In this document: one piece after another, positions 26,601 to 39,936 of the stretch
Layout of the letters: the number at the start of each line of letters is the position of its first letter
How positions within the stretch are numbered: position 1 is the first letter of the stretch
NCBI RefSeq assembly: GCF_902459465.1
Contig: NC_047073.1
Location: forward strand, 3,038,001 to 3,102,000
Reading direction: 5' to 3'
Length of the DNA stretch: 64,000 bases
DNA from: Asterias rubens
Taxonomy: Eukaryota
Translations under genes and position numbers: made by a program
The notes under the pieces: model-generated
Databases searched by the model: none
The model's input: only the letters and a program-made list of their open reading frames with translations
What the model was told of the DNA's origin: nothing

Positions 26601-28045
26601 CAATTTTTCTCATTATTTAGTTGATTGTGCAAGTACATGTATCACACTTAAAGGAACACGTTGCCTTGGATCGGACGAGCTGGTCTATAAAAAGCGTTTT
26701 GTAACTGTTTTCTATTAAATGCATATGATTGGAACGATGTTTTAAAAGTGGAATACAATGATCGCCACAAATTTGCCTCTAAATTTTGTGGTTTTCCTTT
26801 TACTGTGCGAACTAACATGGTCGGCCATTTATGGGAGTCAAAAATTTGACTCCCTTAAATGGCCGACCATGTTAGTTGACGAGGTAAAAGGGAAACCAAG
26901 CAATTTCGAGGCATGTTTGTGTGGATCATTGTGTTCTACTTTTACAACTTCTTTTTCCCGGTTGTGCATTTTATAACAAACGGTAACAAACGGTAACAAA
27001 CGCTTTTCAAGGACCAACTCGACTGATCCAAGGCAACGTGTTCCTTTAATCGGGACATTTTGCAAACAATTTGTTCCCATGTATATTGTTTTAAAAGCAC
27101 TGGACACTTGGTAATTACTCAAAATAATTTTTAGCGTAAAAACTTTCTTGGTAACAACAAGCAATGGAGAGCTGTTGATAGTATAAAACATTGTGAGAAA
27201 CAGTTCCCTCTGAAGTATCAAAGTTTTTGAGAAAGAGGTGTTTTCTCACTCAAATAATAAAGTACTTATAATATAGCCTTTTATAAGGCATCTATAAGTA
27301 CACAACTTTTTGCAACAGGTTTTTTTTCCTTTTATTATTATCTTGCAATTTTAATGACCATTAGAGTCCAAATTTCTAACAGATTTGTTATTTTAACCCT
27401 GCCTAAAGTAACAAACCTGTGAAAATTTGAGCTCAATCGGTCATAGAACTTGCGAGATAATAATGATAGAAGAAAACACCCTTGTCACACGAAGTTGTGT
27501 GTGTTTAGATGGTTGATTTCGAGACCTCAAGTTCTAAACCTGAGGTCTCAAAATCAAATTCGTGGAAAATTACTTCTTTCTCGCAAAAACTATGGTAATT
27601 GTCAAAGACTAGCCTTCACAGTTGGTGTATCTCAACATATGCATAAAGTAACAAACCTGTGAAAAATATGAGCTCAATCGGTCATCGAACTTGCGAGATA
27701 ATAATGAGAGAAGAAAACACCCTTGTCACTCGAAGGTGTGTGTGTTTAGATGGTTGATTTAGAGACTTCAAATTCTAAACCTGAGGTCTCGAAATCAAAC
27801 GTCTTTCTCCAAAACTATGGCACTTCAGAGGGAGCTGTTTCTCACAATGTTTTATACTATCAACCTCTCCCCATTACTCGTTACCAAGTACGGTTTTATG
27901 CTAATAATTATTTCGAGTAATTACCAATAGTGTCCACTGCCTTTAAGTATGAAGTGTGCCCTTTACAATAAGGAACTGTTTGAGCGGACAAAATACTTTC
28001 ATTGTTTTTGTCTTCTTTATTTTATCAATAGGAATGATGGATTGA
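23627..28045 (+). CDS. POLE4: DNA polymerase epsilon subunit 4 (histone-fold protein), about 113 aa
   Basis: Exons 23627-23630 (ATGG), 23844-24040, 25472-25556, 26537-26578 and 28032-28045 are phase-compatible. The translation contains RLPLTRIKNIIKTDPDVTLASQE...GKRKTIKRQDVDLSIEALDAYAFLEGMMD*, matching the POLE4 histone fold. The first and last micro-exons are less certain. Confidence 0.9.
24094..24225. mobile_element. Short MITE with TIRs ACTTTCCGTATGGCGCCACCACTTTT
   Basis: Inverted terminal repeats of about 25 bp are visible at both ends. Confidence 0.65.
25862..26026. mobile_element. R4 family MITE (GATTTCACAAAGAG TIRs, internal TTAGGAC repeats)
   Basis: TIR pair GATTTCACAAA / TTTGTGAAATC; related copies at 33972-34106 and about 58510-58572. 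Confidence 0.7.
26648..27049. mobile_element. R2 family: near-palindromic TTAA-flanked MITE of about 400 bp
   Basis: TTAAAGGAACACGTTGCCTTGGATC ... GATCCAAGGCAACGTGTTCCTTTAA, with the two halves complementary. Confidence 0.85.
27093..27946. mobile_element. Two adjacent R1 copies in opposite orientation; the second has an internal partial duplication
   Basis: 27093-27390 and 27400-27946 carry R1 sequence on opposite strands. The 27400-27600 block recurs at about 27640-27800. Confidence 0.75.
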
Positions 28046-28956
28046 ATGGACTGGATTATCTGAGGTCAAAAACCTGAACCCTTTGCCTTTTGTTCGTCCA
28101 AATGGATACAAGGTAAACTTGCTGATGCAGACAAAAATAAAGCAAAGTGACATTTTACTGCAAATCAGCTTACTCCAAATAAAAGTAAAATACATCAGTT
28201 TTTTAATCAAGATGAAAGTATTCTTTCTGAGATTAAATAAAAAAAAAAGCTTTCCATTGAAATCCAGTATGGAGATTGTAAATATCTGTGAAATATGTTA
28301 GCCTCATAGAAATAACATAGTTTCAGTGAATTGAACTTTGAACTTATTGACCAAAATCTTCCTGACATCATGACCTACGGTGTACGCTAAATCTTAGTTG
28401 AACCATTCTGGAGACAGATTTGGTGTGTTGCTGTGGACTGCGCAATTAAGGAACACATCTTCTACAATTAAATGGCAGACTGTACGGAGCCCACAGCCCT
28501 ATGTGATGTCACTGAGAAGAGGGGTCTATTTTACAGATGTTGACTGCTTCGACTGCTATGGTTCAAACTATGACATCTACGTATTGTGAGTGCCAATGCC
28601 TCACGCTCTGCATACAGACAGTGCACCAATAACATTCTAAACTTTGTGTGCGTGCATGCTGTTCGTCGCGAAATGACGATCTGAAGTTTTAAACTTTGTA
28701 CGTTGCACGTGAGACTGGAAAATAAACTCGTAAAACATGCGCACTCGTGGAACACGGAAAAATATAGCCCGTCTGCGTCCCATATCAGACTTGGCCTTTG
28801 GCCTCAGTGGATATGGGACGCAGAAGCGCTATATTTTTCTGTATTCCATTCACGCTTGTGTGATAAGTAATAATATATCAAACCTCCTATGTCCTTAGCT
28901 CAGAGTTAAGGATCTTAATTTACTTGTTAAGATACTTTGTTAGACTGTAGTTCTTA

Positions 28957-31900
28957 TTAACAATTTGATTTGTAGAAGTGAGCTTCTTTCTTTGAGTTGA
29001 TTCCTTTCTTTGGCTTGCTGTTACACATGACGTAACTGTAAGAAAGAAAAGACACACAATGAAAGAAAAGACGGACATTAAATTCAGTCTAAAGGGCAAC
29101 TAACGTTGGGAATAATGTAAACGATAGATAGCGACAAATGTGCAAACCTTTTTTGTAAAACAAGTCCATCCACTTCGATCTTGGCTATGAAGACTTCTAG
29201 GTCTTCAAAGATTGGCCAGTCCCAGGGGTTCAGAAGTTCAAAGTCATATTCCCAGTAGAAGGTCAAACCAGAAAGGTCACCGGGGTCAATGTCAGTGTTG
29301 ATGATAAAGTTCATGTCGGTGCCTGGGACGAAGTCTAAACTTTCTCTATTTTGTAGGGGTGAGAACAATGCAAAAAAAACACATTATATTTCATGTTTTA
29401 GGCACAAGCTGTGATTCCAATGTTCTTTTTCATACATTGACGGACTATTAGTTTTCTTACAACTAGCGAGGATGAAACCAAGTAGCGTTTTCAATGCAGA
29501 AGAGTATCATAGATGTGGAATTGAGTCTTATTTCACATCTTGGGAGGAAACCAGTTAGTATTCATGGAAAAGGGTCTCAGAGATGTGCTAAGTACAATTT
29601 TAGGAAAGGGTCATTTAAATATGTAGTTTGCAGCCATCGCTTGGACCAAACTTTTTTAAATAAAATAAAACAAACCCAAAAGCTTGTTAAACATATTGAG
29701 TACGTTCCAGTCTTACTTTTTATTTATTTGTCCATTACTTTACTTATTTATGATGATTGCCATTTTGAATACTTTCAAAATATTGTTGTGTTTGTTAATA
29801 GTCTAATGTCATGATTTGCCGACACGGCCATGTATGTCTCCACTCTTCCGCAAAGACCATCGCACTACTCGGTACGCATGAGTTATCATGCACCTTGTTC
29901 AACAGTTTGCGCTTGCGCGATGGGTATTTAGAATTAAAAAAAGTTTATACACACAAAACAATGTTTACTTACGGGTTAAGCGGGGTTCGTTGCGTTATAC
30001 CTGAACTACCGATGAGAGTTACGTAACCCCAGCCCAAAAACGTCTCGGAAAACCAAGGGTCTTTGAAGTAGACGTGAATACGGAACGGTGAATCTACGAA
30101 TGAATCCATACATATAGTAAAGTTATTATTTCTTCTTATAATGCAAAAGAAAGATCATATTTTCATTTGTGCCAGTAACTCCTTGGGTCGGCTACGTCCT
30201 GTAGCCTTAGATCTAGAGTTGCTATGCTTGATACAACTCACTGGCTCCACCCCCGAAAATGTTGAGAATGTTGTTATTATCATTTGTGCCACGTTCCATG
30301 CTTTTATCACATTCTGAACAAAAAAATACGACAGGAAAAAAATGCGGCAAAAACAAAAAAAATGCGACAGGGAAATGCGACGGTAAAAAAATATTGGAAT
30401 AAAGGTGGTACAAATGGAACACCATAGAACGGCCTTGTCACTGGAGGTGCTCAGTCGCCAGTTCCTCCTTGTCACTCACTGATTTGGTATTTTATACAAT
30501 CTTGCAAATTAGTTGAGTGTAAATACTTGTATTTTCTCAGTGATAGTTATTTTCGTGGATCATGCATGGAATGTACCTTTTAAAGGTATGCACACTATTG
30601 TGAAAAATATTGTAAGCATTAAACATAAACATCAATGGAGAGCTGTTGATAGTACAAAACATTGTGAGAAACGGCTCCCTCTGAAGTATTATATATAGTT
30701 TTTTGAGACTTCAACCGCAGCCTCGTATGATGCATCTGAAAGCACACAAAGTTGTTCAATGGTGATCAAAGACCAATTGAGCCCACATTTTTATGTGCTT
30801 GTTATTTTATAATTAAAATGTTATACATATGTTTGGACACCATGTGAGAATACTGGTCTTTAAAAATATACCAAAACGGGTCCAGTGCCTTTAATGGCTT
30901 GTTGTTTTTTTGCCAGTTTCAAAGTGAAACAAAACAAAATCAATACCAACATTTAAAAATTAATGATCAAAAATAACTTACTTGCACAGAAAGGTGATGA
31001 CGCTGTAGTTATTGTGTAGTAAACCTGTTGCTGAACACCAGGCAGTGGTTTGTAGTCAATTGCTTGGTATCCCATCATGGCCAAGTCGTTACGATTGAAA
31101 CATTCGCCATTCAGGAAATTGTCTTCGTATGTAGCACCAGCTTAATTAACAATAACAATTTAACACCAAGTGTCAATTTTAAATGACTTTAGAGAGAGGC
31201 TTGCATGTTACCCGTGGTATCTGGGTTCAATAGACCTTTATCATGGGGCATCCATCTTGTACTTCGCCCGTTTTAGTCGGCGTCACCAAAATGAGGCTGG
31301 GAGCGAAATTAGTCTGGTCCATAGTTTGGTCCATAGATTTGAACCTGGTTCACATTAGATTAATATTGCATTATTGGGACATGGCAAAGACTATCAACAT
31401 ACCAAAACAAGTGCTATTACAATGCTTCTATAAAATTACATCAAGAAACGTTGAGCTGGTGCTGGTGTGCACAGAGATTCTGTGCCCCCCCCCCCCCCCC
31501 CCCCGTGAATCTGTGTTACTTGATCTCAGCAACGGCTGTCTATGCACAATTGGGTGCTACCTACCCATTGGGCATTTGAATGCATATATAGGACACTTGT
31601 TGATAGAGTCGGAGAAGAGTTCATGTGCCCTTAAGTGGTTACATGCTACGAACTGCACAACCCCTGTAATACAAAATACAAAAACTTCATCAGTTTCCAA
31701 GAAGAGCATCATGTGTTGTGCTTTTAGGTGGTCAATTATCTTTGTCATTATGAACTGTAATTTGGGTTTTTTAAGGGCATTTAATAAATTGATGACGCCA
31801 AGTTAAAAAACAATCGTGATGTTTAGTCATTTTAAGCATTAAAATTGAGGAAACTACACTCTAAAAACAGTGTTTATATTTTCAACACATTTCTTAGTCA

Positions 31901-34900
31901 CACTGAAGCGATAACGAAAATTATAACGGTCACAGCAAAAAGAACGCATTCTATTGGTTGAAGTGCTCCACGCAGAATTCGCCCACGTTTATTCAACCAA
32001 TGGGAGACTTTCTGGGACGATAGAGGGCAGCAGACTTACCGGGTAAATCCATTGTTCTCAGAACTATGCGCATGTTCAGAACTACGTAAACAATGGAAAT
32101 TTACCCGGTATGTCTGCTGCCGCCTAGCGTTGGAAAGTCTCCTATTGAGGGTTGTAACATTCTAGTTTTCGTTCTCGTTATCGAGGCCTGTGTTTTGTAT
32201 CCACTTTGTTCACATCTATAACCTTAAACTTGTTTAGATTTTAAAGTGGGTACATGAAGGTGTTTAAACCCTTAACACAGTTTTAACAATGTAACAAACA
32301 CTTCGGGTCATGTTTATGTATTTCTCCAGCCAGGGTTTGGCTGAGGGTTTTTTGTTCCATCTTAGGCCGAAAGAACATCAACTTTGTGCTCACCTCCAAT
32401 CACACCTTCGTCCAAAAAGTCCTCGATTAGCGACTGATCACAGCCTGGTTGATGTTGTCCACTATTTGGGTAGAAATCCATATGGCCAACGGGTTTTATC
32501 ATTCCGAATCCTTTCAAAAGATAAAACTTGATAATTTGAAATAAAAACACACACACACATCCTCTTATGAGAGACCCCCCCCCCCCCCAGCTCTGCTTCA
32601 ATTTTTTTTTCTGTAGAATAGAATCGCCATTCTTAAAAATGTATCTGTTTTTTATTGGTTAGGATTCCCGTCTTTGAATTGATTTAGAAAAACAAAATGT
32701 CCCCCATTGAAAAGCACAACGACGGGCAGAAGAACAAGTTCCCGCGCCCCCAGCTTCCGCTTCACAGGTTGTATCGTAAACTTGTGTATGATTGCTGGCT
32801 GTACAGTTACAGGTTGTATGTGTTCTGACTGGCACCCTGAACTAGGGCTAGTGCTAACACAGGGCTACATGTAGATATAGCTCTGGCAATCTGGAGGTCG
32901 AAGGTTCACGTCATGCTCTTTAATTTTGTTTATAACAGCCCAAAATAATAATGAAAATTACCCAGTCAGTTTTCCTTGCGATTTCGTATTTGAAAATATT
33001 GACAATTATGTAGCTAACAATCACAGCTGAAACAACAGAAGAAAAATAATGTTGTTTTGTTTCAACAGCTATTTAAATGTATAGTACAGATAATTTAACT
33101 TCTTTGCATCATTAAGTTGTGTGACTTTTTTGGGTTGATATGTTTCCAAAGTCATGTTTGGTGAATGTTGGTGGTGGAATAATAATCTACCAAAGTCCAG
33201 AGTGTGTTGAGCATCAGTGTGGATGGCATCAACAAACAGAGCATCCGTTGGGTCAAGACGAACTTCCGGTTGGACTTCCTCGAAGCCGGGACCAGCTGGG
33301 TCCAATCCTGTGGCGTAATAGGAAACAAGTATTGACTAGTTGACTGGTCTGTAGATCATGAGTTGATGTGGTGGATAAAGTGGTGGATATCAACTAGAGG
33401 TGCCACTTAGACATGCAAGTTGACTAGGAAGGTACTGAACACGTTTGGTAATTGTCAAATACCAGTCTTCTCACTCTTGGTGTATCCCAACATATGCATA
33501 AAACAACAAGCCTGTGAAAATTTGAGCTCAATTGGTTATTGAAGTTGCATATTTTTCATTTACTTTTTGTACCTTAATCTTGTAAATACATAGTTTAATG
33601 ATTTTAAAGAAGTTTTTGTATATGTTTTGTGTTGAATCCAACCGTATGTGGTCGCAAATAAAATGAACCTTACCTTAAGAAAATGATGAAAGAAAAAACA
33701 CCCTTGTTGTACAAAAGTATTTTAGCAGCGGGTACTGCAAACGATTTTAATAGCTGTTATGTATTTAGGTTTGATAACTCTTTCAACTTACCAGTGATTC
33801 TGCCCAAGTTCGCTTGCCGTTCACCAACATACCCACCAATGTGGGACCCAAGACTATGCCCAATAAAATGGAATGTTTCTGCTCCGATGCCGTACACCTC
33901 CTGTGTTTGTTTGTCACGAAACGGGAACGTTATTTAATTTCAAATTGTAACGGAGCCCGCGAGAGACTCTTGGGTCAGTTTCACAAAGAGTTAGGTTAGG
34001 ACTAGTCCTAGGAGATTTACAAATTGCATGGATAGTCCCAAGTTAGGACGAGTAACTGGTCCTAACTCGAGATAAGACTAGTCCTAACTCTTTGTGAAAT
34101 CCACCCAAGGTGTATTTTCGGGAGCGAGTTAGTAACGAAATAGAACAACAAATAAAAGGAACTAAAATATGTTACATCAAAATATAGAAGATAAGCTGTT
34201 TTTCTGACTATTAGATTTGCTTTTGTGTCGTTTTTTTCCCTTTAGATGTTTTAGTGTTTTATATCTTTAAGCTTTGTACACAACTGACCTGTTGTGTGTG
34301 TCTGTAATATCTTTGTAAATACACATGTATAGCATTTTTTAATTACAAACTGCATCGAGGGATCTGATCCAGAATGCGCTATAAAATGCTGTTTTATAAA
34401 TATTATATAATGGTTACATTTCTAGACGTTGGCATTTCCTACCTTTATTTTATCGATGAGCAGTGACGTCATAGCCCCAACAACCCTGGTGTTTGCCATA
34501 GCCTGTGTGTACGGGAACAGTGAACCTTTACCCCACGTGATACGGATAACGTTGAAATCGTCATGATTCAGAAACTCTCTGACCATGTCGGTCATCCACA
34601 TGTCCCATTCGATCAGACCTGAAAATGGAATGAACATCAAAGGGTGTCAACAATCAAGACATGCAAAGTAATAAAACGGAGATATACTTTTTTTTAAATA
34701 AATGTTATTTTTTCATGGTGAGTGGAGTTTCTGTGGTCTGTGGTCCGATGAGGCACCTATATTTCTAAGCTTGCTGGTTTTTGTTTCCACAGTAACGTTG
34801 AAAAACAGGCAATAATATATACATGTACGAAATAATACAGTTGAGGCAGTGGACACTTTTGGCAATTGTCAAAGACTAGCCTTCACAGTTGGTGTATCTC

Positions 34901-36992
34901 AACATATGCATGAAATAACTAACCGTGAAAATTTGAGCTCAATCGGTCATCGAAGTTGCGAGATAATAATGAAAGAAAAAACACCCTTGTCACGCGAAGT
35001 TGTGTGCGTTTAGATGGTTGATTTCGATACCTCAAGTTCTAAATCTTGGGTCTCGAAATCAAATTCGTGGAAAATTACTTCTTTCTCAAAAACTATGGCA
35101 CTTCAGAGGGAGCTGTTTCTCACAATGTTTTATACCATCAACCTTTCCCTATTACTCATCACCAAGAAAGGTTTTATGCTAATAGTTATTTTGAGTATTA
35201 CCAATAGTGTCCACTGCCTTTAAGCCAAGAGGAAATAAATACACTTTTATGATACTGCAGGGGGAGCTCACTAAGAAGCAAAGCTTATAAGCGTGAGCCC
35301 CAAACAGGTACACTCGTTGAGCCCGAACCAAACACCCATGTAACATTAAGTTTGGTTGGGTAAACAGTGGATATACAATGGTTTTAGACCAAAACATAAA
35401 CTATACAAGCGCGGTATTGGTGTTTATTTCACGACGGGAATCGGTATCTGGTTTGGTTCTTTGAGGAACTGGTTTTCTCAACGTTTCGATTGGCCTACTC
35501 TAGCCATCGTCCATATATGATTTGTAATTTGTAAAGACAATTTAAACTATCCGGGGAACGATATAAATCTAGGAACCTAGCTGGGGACAATATACAGAAA
35601 CAATAGTGTAATTTAAAATCTTATATAATTTCTCTTGTAAAAGATACTGAGGGAATGCTTGTAAGAGAATGTGAAAATAAAGGGATACTTGCGAGTGCTA
35701 TGTGGCGGTATACCAGGTAATTTTCTATTGTTCTGGGCATAATATTGTCAAGAACAATGGGTTTACCAGTTAGTCTGCTGCCACCTAGCGTTTCAAAAGT
35801 CTTTAATTGTTCGGGAGGATTTGATAAAGAATTGCCCACCGCTTTCAATAAACCCATGACAGATGAGTTTAGTTTCCTTAGTCGGGTCGAAATACGAATT
35901 CTGAATCGTGACGGGGTCCGTGGGAACCAACAGCTGGCCGTCTTTCTTGTCTGGATTCTTGCGGGTGTAGAGGTTGAACTTTGGGTCCACTATTTGGGGG
36001 GATTGTGGTGCCCAACTGAGGGGTCGACGAGGCGGGTCAAGGAACGGGTAGTCGTAGTTGAAACAGCCAATCTCAGGGAAGCACACTTCTTTCTTCCGAC
36101 TGGAGTTTAAATCTGTAGAGAGATTTCTCAAAGTGTGATACTGTTCTGCAAATACATGAGTTTTTTTTTACTGGATGTGGTAGAGCAAATATTAATACAG
36201 AGTCTTTGTTTTACTATTTTGGTTACCAGACTGTATTTCTTTCAACCCTCGTGTTGGTACCATGACTTTTGAATTGCGAATTTTCTTTGGTTTAGGAATT
36301 ATTAAAGGTATCGGAAAACTTTTGCTAGTTATCAAAGACCAGTACTATCACTTTGTATATCCCAAGATGCATATAATAACACATCTGTGAAAGATTTGAC
36401 CCTATTGGTCACCTAAGTTGCGAGAGAAATATGAAAGAAATTTAAGCAATTTGTTATAAAAACTTATGAAAGGCTCCAGGCCCCTTTTCGGGTCTTTTAA
36501 TATTTTGAGTACAATATACTTAATTCTCAAAAAAAAAAGGGAGCCGTTTCCCCACATGTTTTTATACAAACAATGAGCTCTCCATTGCTCGTTACCAAGT
36601 TGTGCTAACAATTATTTTAAATATTTACCAAAAGTGTAAACTATAAACCACAAATGCATTTAAAAAAAAAAATAAACTTAGGCCAATTTCATAAAAACAA
36701 ATGTGTTTACTGGTACGCCTCCAACATGATGTCGAAAAAGTCTCAAAAGAACAGTATAAAGAGTTGTAGGACTCAAGTCAGGGACTCACAATTTCGGTGA
36801 CTTTGACTTGACTCGAGTCACGTCGGCCAAAGTGATTCGCGACTCGGACTTGACACAAGTGACCCTTAACAACTCTGCTTCTCAGTATAGTTTAACACGA
36901 AGGTTTTGATCATGGAATTGACATAAGAACTTACCAACGCTCCCAAACGCAACCGGTAACAAAACCACCAGTAAGAATACCGCCTCCATCAT
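28957..36992 (-). CDS. Pancreatic lipase-related protein, copy A (lipase + PLAT), about 501 aa, 11 coding exons
   Basis: Exons 36935-36992, 35840-36112, 34443-34618, 33792-33900, 33191-33307, 32394-32510, 31565-31663, 30982-31140, 29973-30093, 29148-29345 and 28957-29035 total 1506 nt. It has a signal peptide, HGF, GHSLG (Ser), LDPAG (Asp), [11 protein letters not shown] (His) and a 22-residue lid between cysteines. Confidence 0.92.
30579..30894. mobile_element. R1 family MITE, degenerate
   Basis: TTAAAGGTATGCACACTATTG ... GTCCAGTGCCTTTAA. Confidence 0.7.
32000..32145. mobile_element. Palindromic MITE (GGAGACTTTC...GAAAGTCTCC)
   Basis: The halves are complementary; a fragment recurs at about 35765-35800. 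Confidence 0.65.
33972..34106. mobile_element. R4 family MITE
   Basis: GGGTCAGTTTCACAAAGAGTTAGG ... CCTAACTCTTTGTGAAATCCACCC. Confidence 0.7.
34843..35223. mobile_element. R1 family MITE in lipase A intron 2
   Basis: GGCAGTGGACACTTTTGGCAATTGTC ... CCAATAGTGTCCACTGCCTTTAA. Confidence 0.8.
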
Positions 36993-38206
36993 GAAAACCG
37001 AAACAATCCAAGGTTTGTCAGTAACAATGTCTTGATGCAGACTGAATGGAAGAATGGTTGTCCAATCCTTTGTTTTATAGAGAATCGTAATTTGAAGATA
37101 CAATCAATGGTTATTTTGTCTGGGTCATTGTAATATTTACGTAAAGACGCAAGTGACAGAAGTATATAGAGCAGCTGTCTATCAAATTAAATTAAGGGTG
37201 TTTTTGTTATTTTTGTCTTGTATTTTTGCAAAGGAAATATTATTTGAAGATACATGACACAATCAAGGGTGTTATTTCAACCTGCGTAAACGCAAGTGAC
37301 AGAAGTAGAGCAACTGTCTATTGAATAGACTGTTTTTGTGTACGTTTCATTTCATAATGTATTTGTTAATTAGTTAGTGCGATCTACAAATTCTCTGAAT
37401 CGCGGTTTCACAATCTGGGTTTACCGGAAGAGAGCTGTCACTTGTCAACCACAATAATGTTCACTTATTTTAAACCTAAAACATGATATTTAGAGGCACT
37501 GGCCACTTTTGGTAATTACTCAAAATAATTGTTAGCATAAAAACCAGTTTGTAGTGTGTTGGTGTTGTCACAATAGATACCAGGAATAATCAATTTAACA
37601 TCCCAGTGTTTGCAGTGTACTTCGAGGTCAGGGCTACCACTAAACTAAATAGTTGAGCCCAAACTGTCACCCTTTGCGTCGAATCCACACTTTACTGCTG
37701 ACAACACCAGAGTTTGGGACGGGTGGAGTTGGATGTAAAATAGTTGTTACCCCATCTGAGGGCGTACCATAAACCATGAACTAATTTGTTATTGATTTGT
37801 CTTGTCATGTCGTCACCTGAAATGACTTAATACGATAAGACCATCCAGGGCTGACATTTTATTATATCTTGATCTGTCCTCCAAATCTTCGTAGATTGAC
37901 ACTTTCATCATTTTAATAGGATCAGAGCAGTCATTCAAACTGACAAAGTATGACGCAAATATAGCCCATTATCTAGGGTTTCATCTACAAAAGTCATTTT
38001 TTGACTGATAGAGCTGACGGCAGTTGGTTCCATCCCACGGGATTTTGAATTTCGAGGTAGAATTCAAGGAACAAAATAATACCGTAATGAGGTCAATGAA
38101 ATCATTTGAGGGCAACAGACTTTCAAGTTAAAATTGCTGTTCGTCAAATTTTCTCTCATATCATGAAATAGCACCTTTTTGAAAATTAAACAATATATTG
38201 GCTTAA

Positions 38207-38583
38207 TTAAAGAGAAGGTTCACGTTTGGTAATTACTCAAAAGAAATATTAACCTAAAATCTGACTTGGTAACGAGCAATGGAGAGCTGTTGATAGCATA
38301 AAACAATGTGAGATCCGGCTCCCTCTGAAGGAGCATAGATTTTTTTGAGAAAGAGGTAATTTCTCACTAAAATAATAAAAGACTTCTAGCCAGAAGTATT
38401 TTATTCCTATCTGACAGCACACAAATTCGTCCAACGTTTTTTTTTTCTCTCATCATTTTCTCGCAACTTCGATGACCAATATATCTCAAATTTTCACAGG
38501 CTTGTTATTTTATGGTTATGTTGGGATACACCAAGTGAGAAGACTGGTCTTTTAAAATTACCAATGGTGTACCTTCCCTTTAA
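38207..38583. mobile_element. R1 family MITE (same subtype as 3774-4150)
   Basis: TTAAAGAGAAGGTTCACGTTTGGTAATT ... GTACCTTCCCTTTAA. Confidence 0.8.
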
Positions 38584-38606
38584 TAGCAGGCCTTTTTACT
38601 CGTTAT

Positions 38607-38607
<1 letters not shown>

Positions 38608-38643
<36 letters not shown>
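38608..38643. repeat. (GAT)12 microsatellite
   Basis: Directly visible. Confidence 0.95.
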
Positions 38644-39318
38644 AATAAATAAACATGAAAAGCGATTGACGCTTGCTGGGAATTATTTAAATTTAATCAG
38701 CAGTTAAAGAAGCCCAAATGCATTATGGAGAAAAAAGGCATTGCAATGCAATATACAGAATAACTACACATAAACCCACAAAATATGCCAAATATATATT
38801 AAATCAAATTTATTTCTATCCGTACTTACTAAAGAGCACAAGCGAGCTGTTAGAATAAACCTTATTAAAAATTAAATGCAGTTATAAAGAGTTTTTACGC
38901 ACTACAAGTTTAATCTGAGAAAGGCTTCAGTCTAAATGCCTTTATCCGGCATCTGAAAACACACGCTTGTTTACAAGTATGATTTTTGCTCGTTTTATTC
39001 TCATGCGTCTTCAATGACCAAATAACAACAATTTTTCACAGTTTCGTTATTTTGAACAAAATTGTGATGTACACAAATTGAGGTGAGGATACTGGTCTTT
39101 GAAACTTACCAAAAGTGTACTGTTTCTTTAAGGAGGTAAAGAACAAAAACATCGTCAACTAACCAACGTTTTACAACTTATATAAAGTAACTATTATAGT
39201 CACAGTTATTTGTAATCACAATTTTGATTTAAACGGTGACTTTCCATTGTCAAACTGCTCCGCCTATTATGTTTTGACTCATGAGTCACTTAACACGCAT
39301 GCAAAATGTATTGGGACT

Positions 39319-39706
39319 GAACACGTTGCCTTGGATCGGACGAGTTGGTCTATAAAAAATCGCTTGTAACCGTTTTTTATAAAATGCATATGGTTGGAAA
39401 GATGTTTTAAAAGTAGAATACAATGATCCACACAAGTTTGCCTCGAAATTGCGTGGTTTTTCTTTTACTGTGCGAACTAACACGGTCGGCCATTAATTTT
39501 ATGGGAGTCAAAAAATTGACTCCCATAAATGGCCGACCGTGTTAGTCGACGGTAAAAGGAAAACCGTGCAATTTCGAGGCATGTTTGTGTGGATCATTGT
39601 ATTATACTTTTACAACATCTTTCTACCCATATGCATTTTATAACAAACGGTTACAAACGCTTTTCAAAGACCAACTCGACCGATCCAAGGCAACGTGTTC
39701 CTTTAA
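39319..39706. mobile_element. R2 family palindromic MITE
   Basis: Same sequence family as 26648-27049. Confidence 0.85.
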
Positions 39707-39936
39707 TGGACATTGTTACTACGTTAAAAATATATATTTTATTCATTAAATGAGTTATTTTTTAATAGCCATTATTTAGACCTTTTGCATATGACGTCAC
39801 GTGAGGATCGCCAGCTTCAATAGCTATATCGATGTTAACCTCTGATGGTACCGGAATGACGTCATTTCAAAAGGTCTGTTGAAATCACGGTTATCGTTAA
39901 CATAGCGTGGTATCATCATCACGCACCTTCACGGTC

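Noticed and set aside
35745-36110. 121-aa + strand ORF
   Set aside because: It is the antisense shadow of lipase A exon 2.
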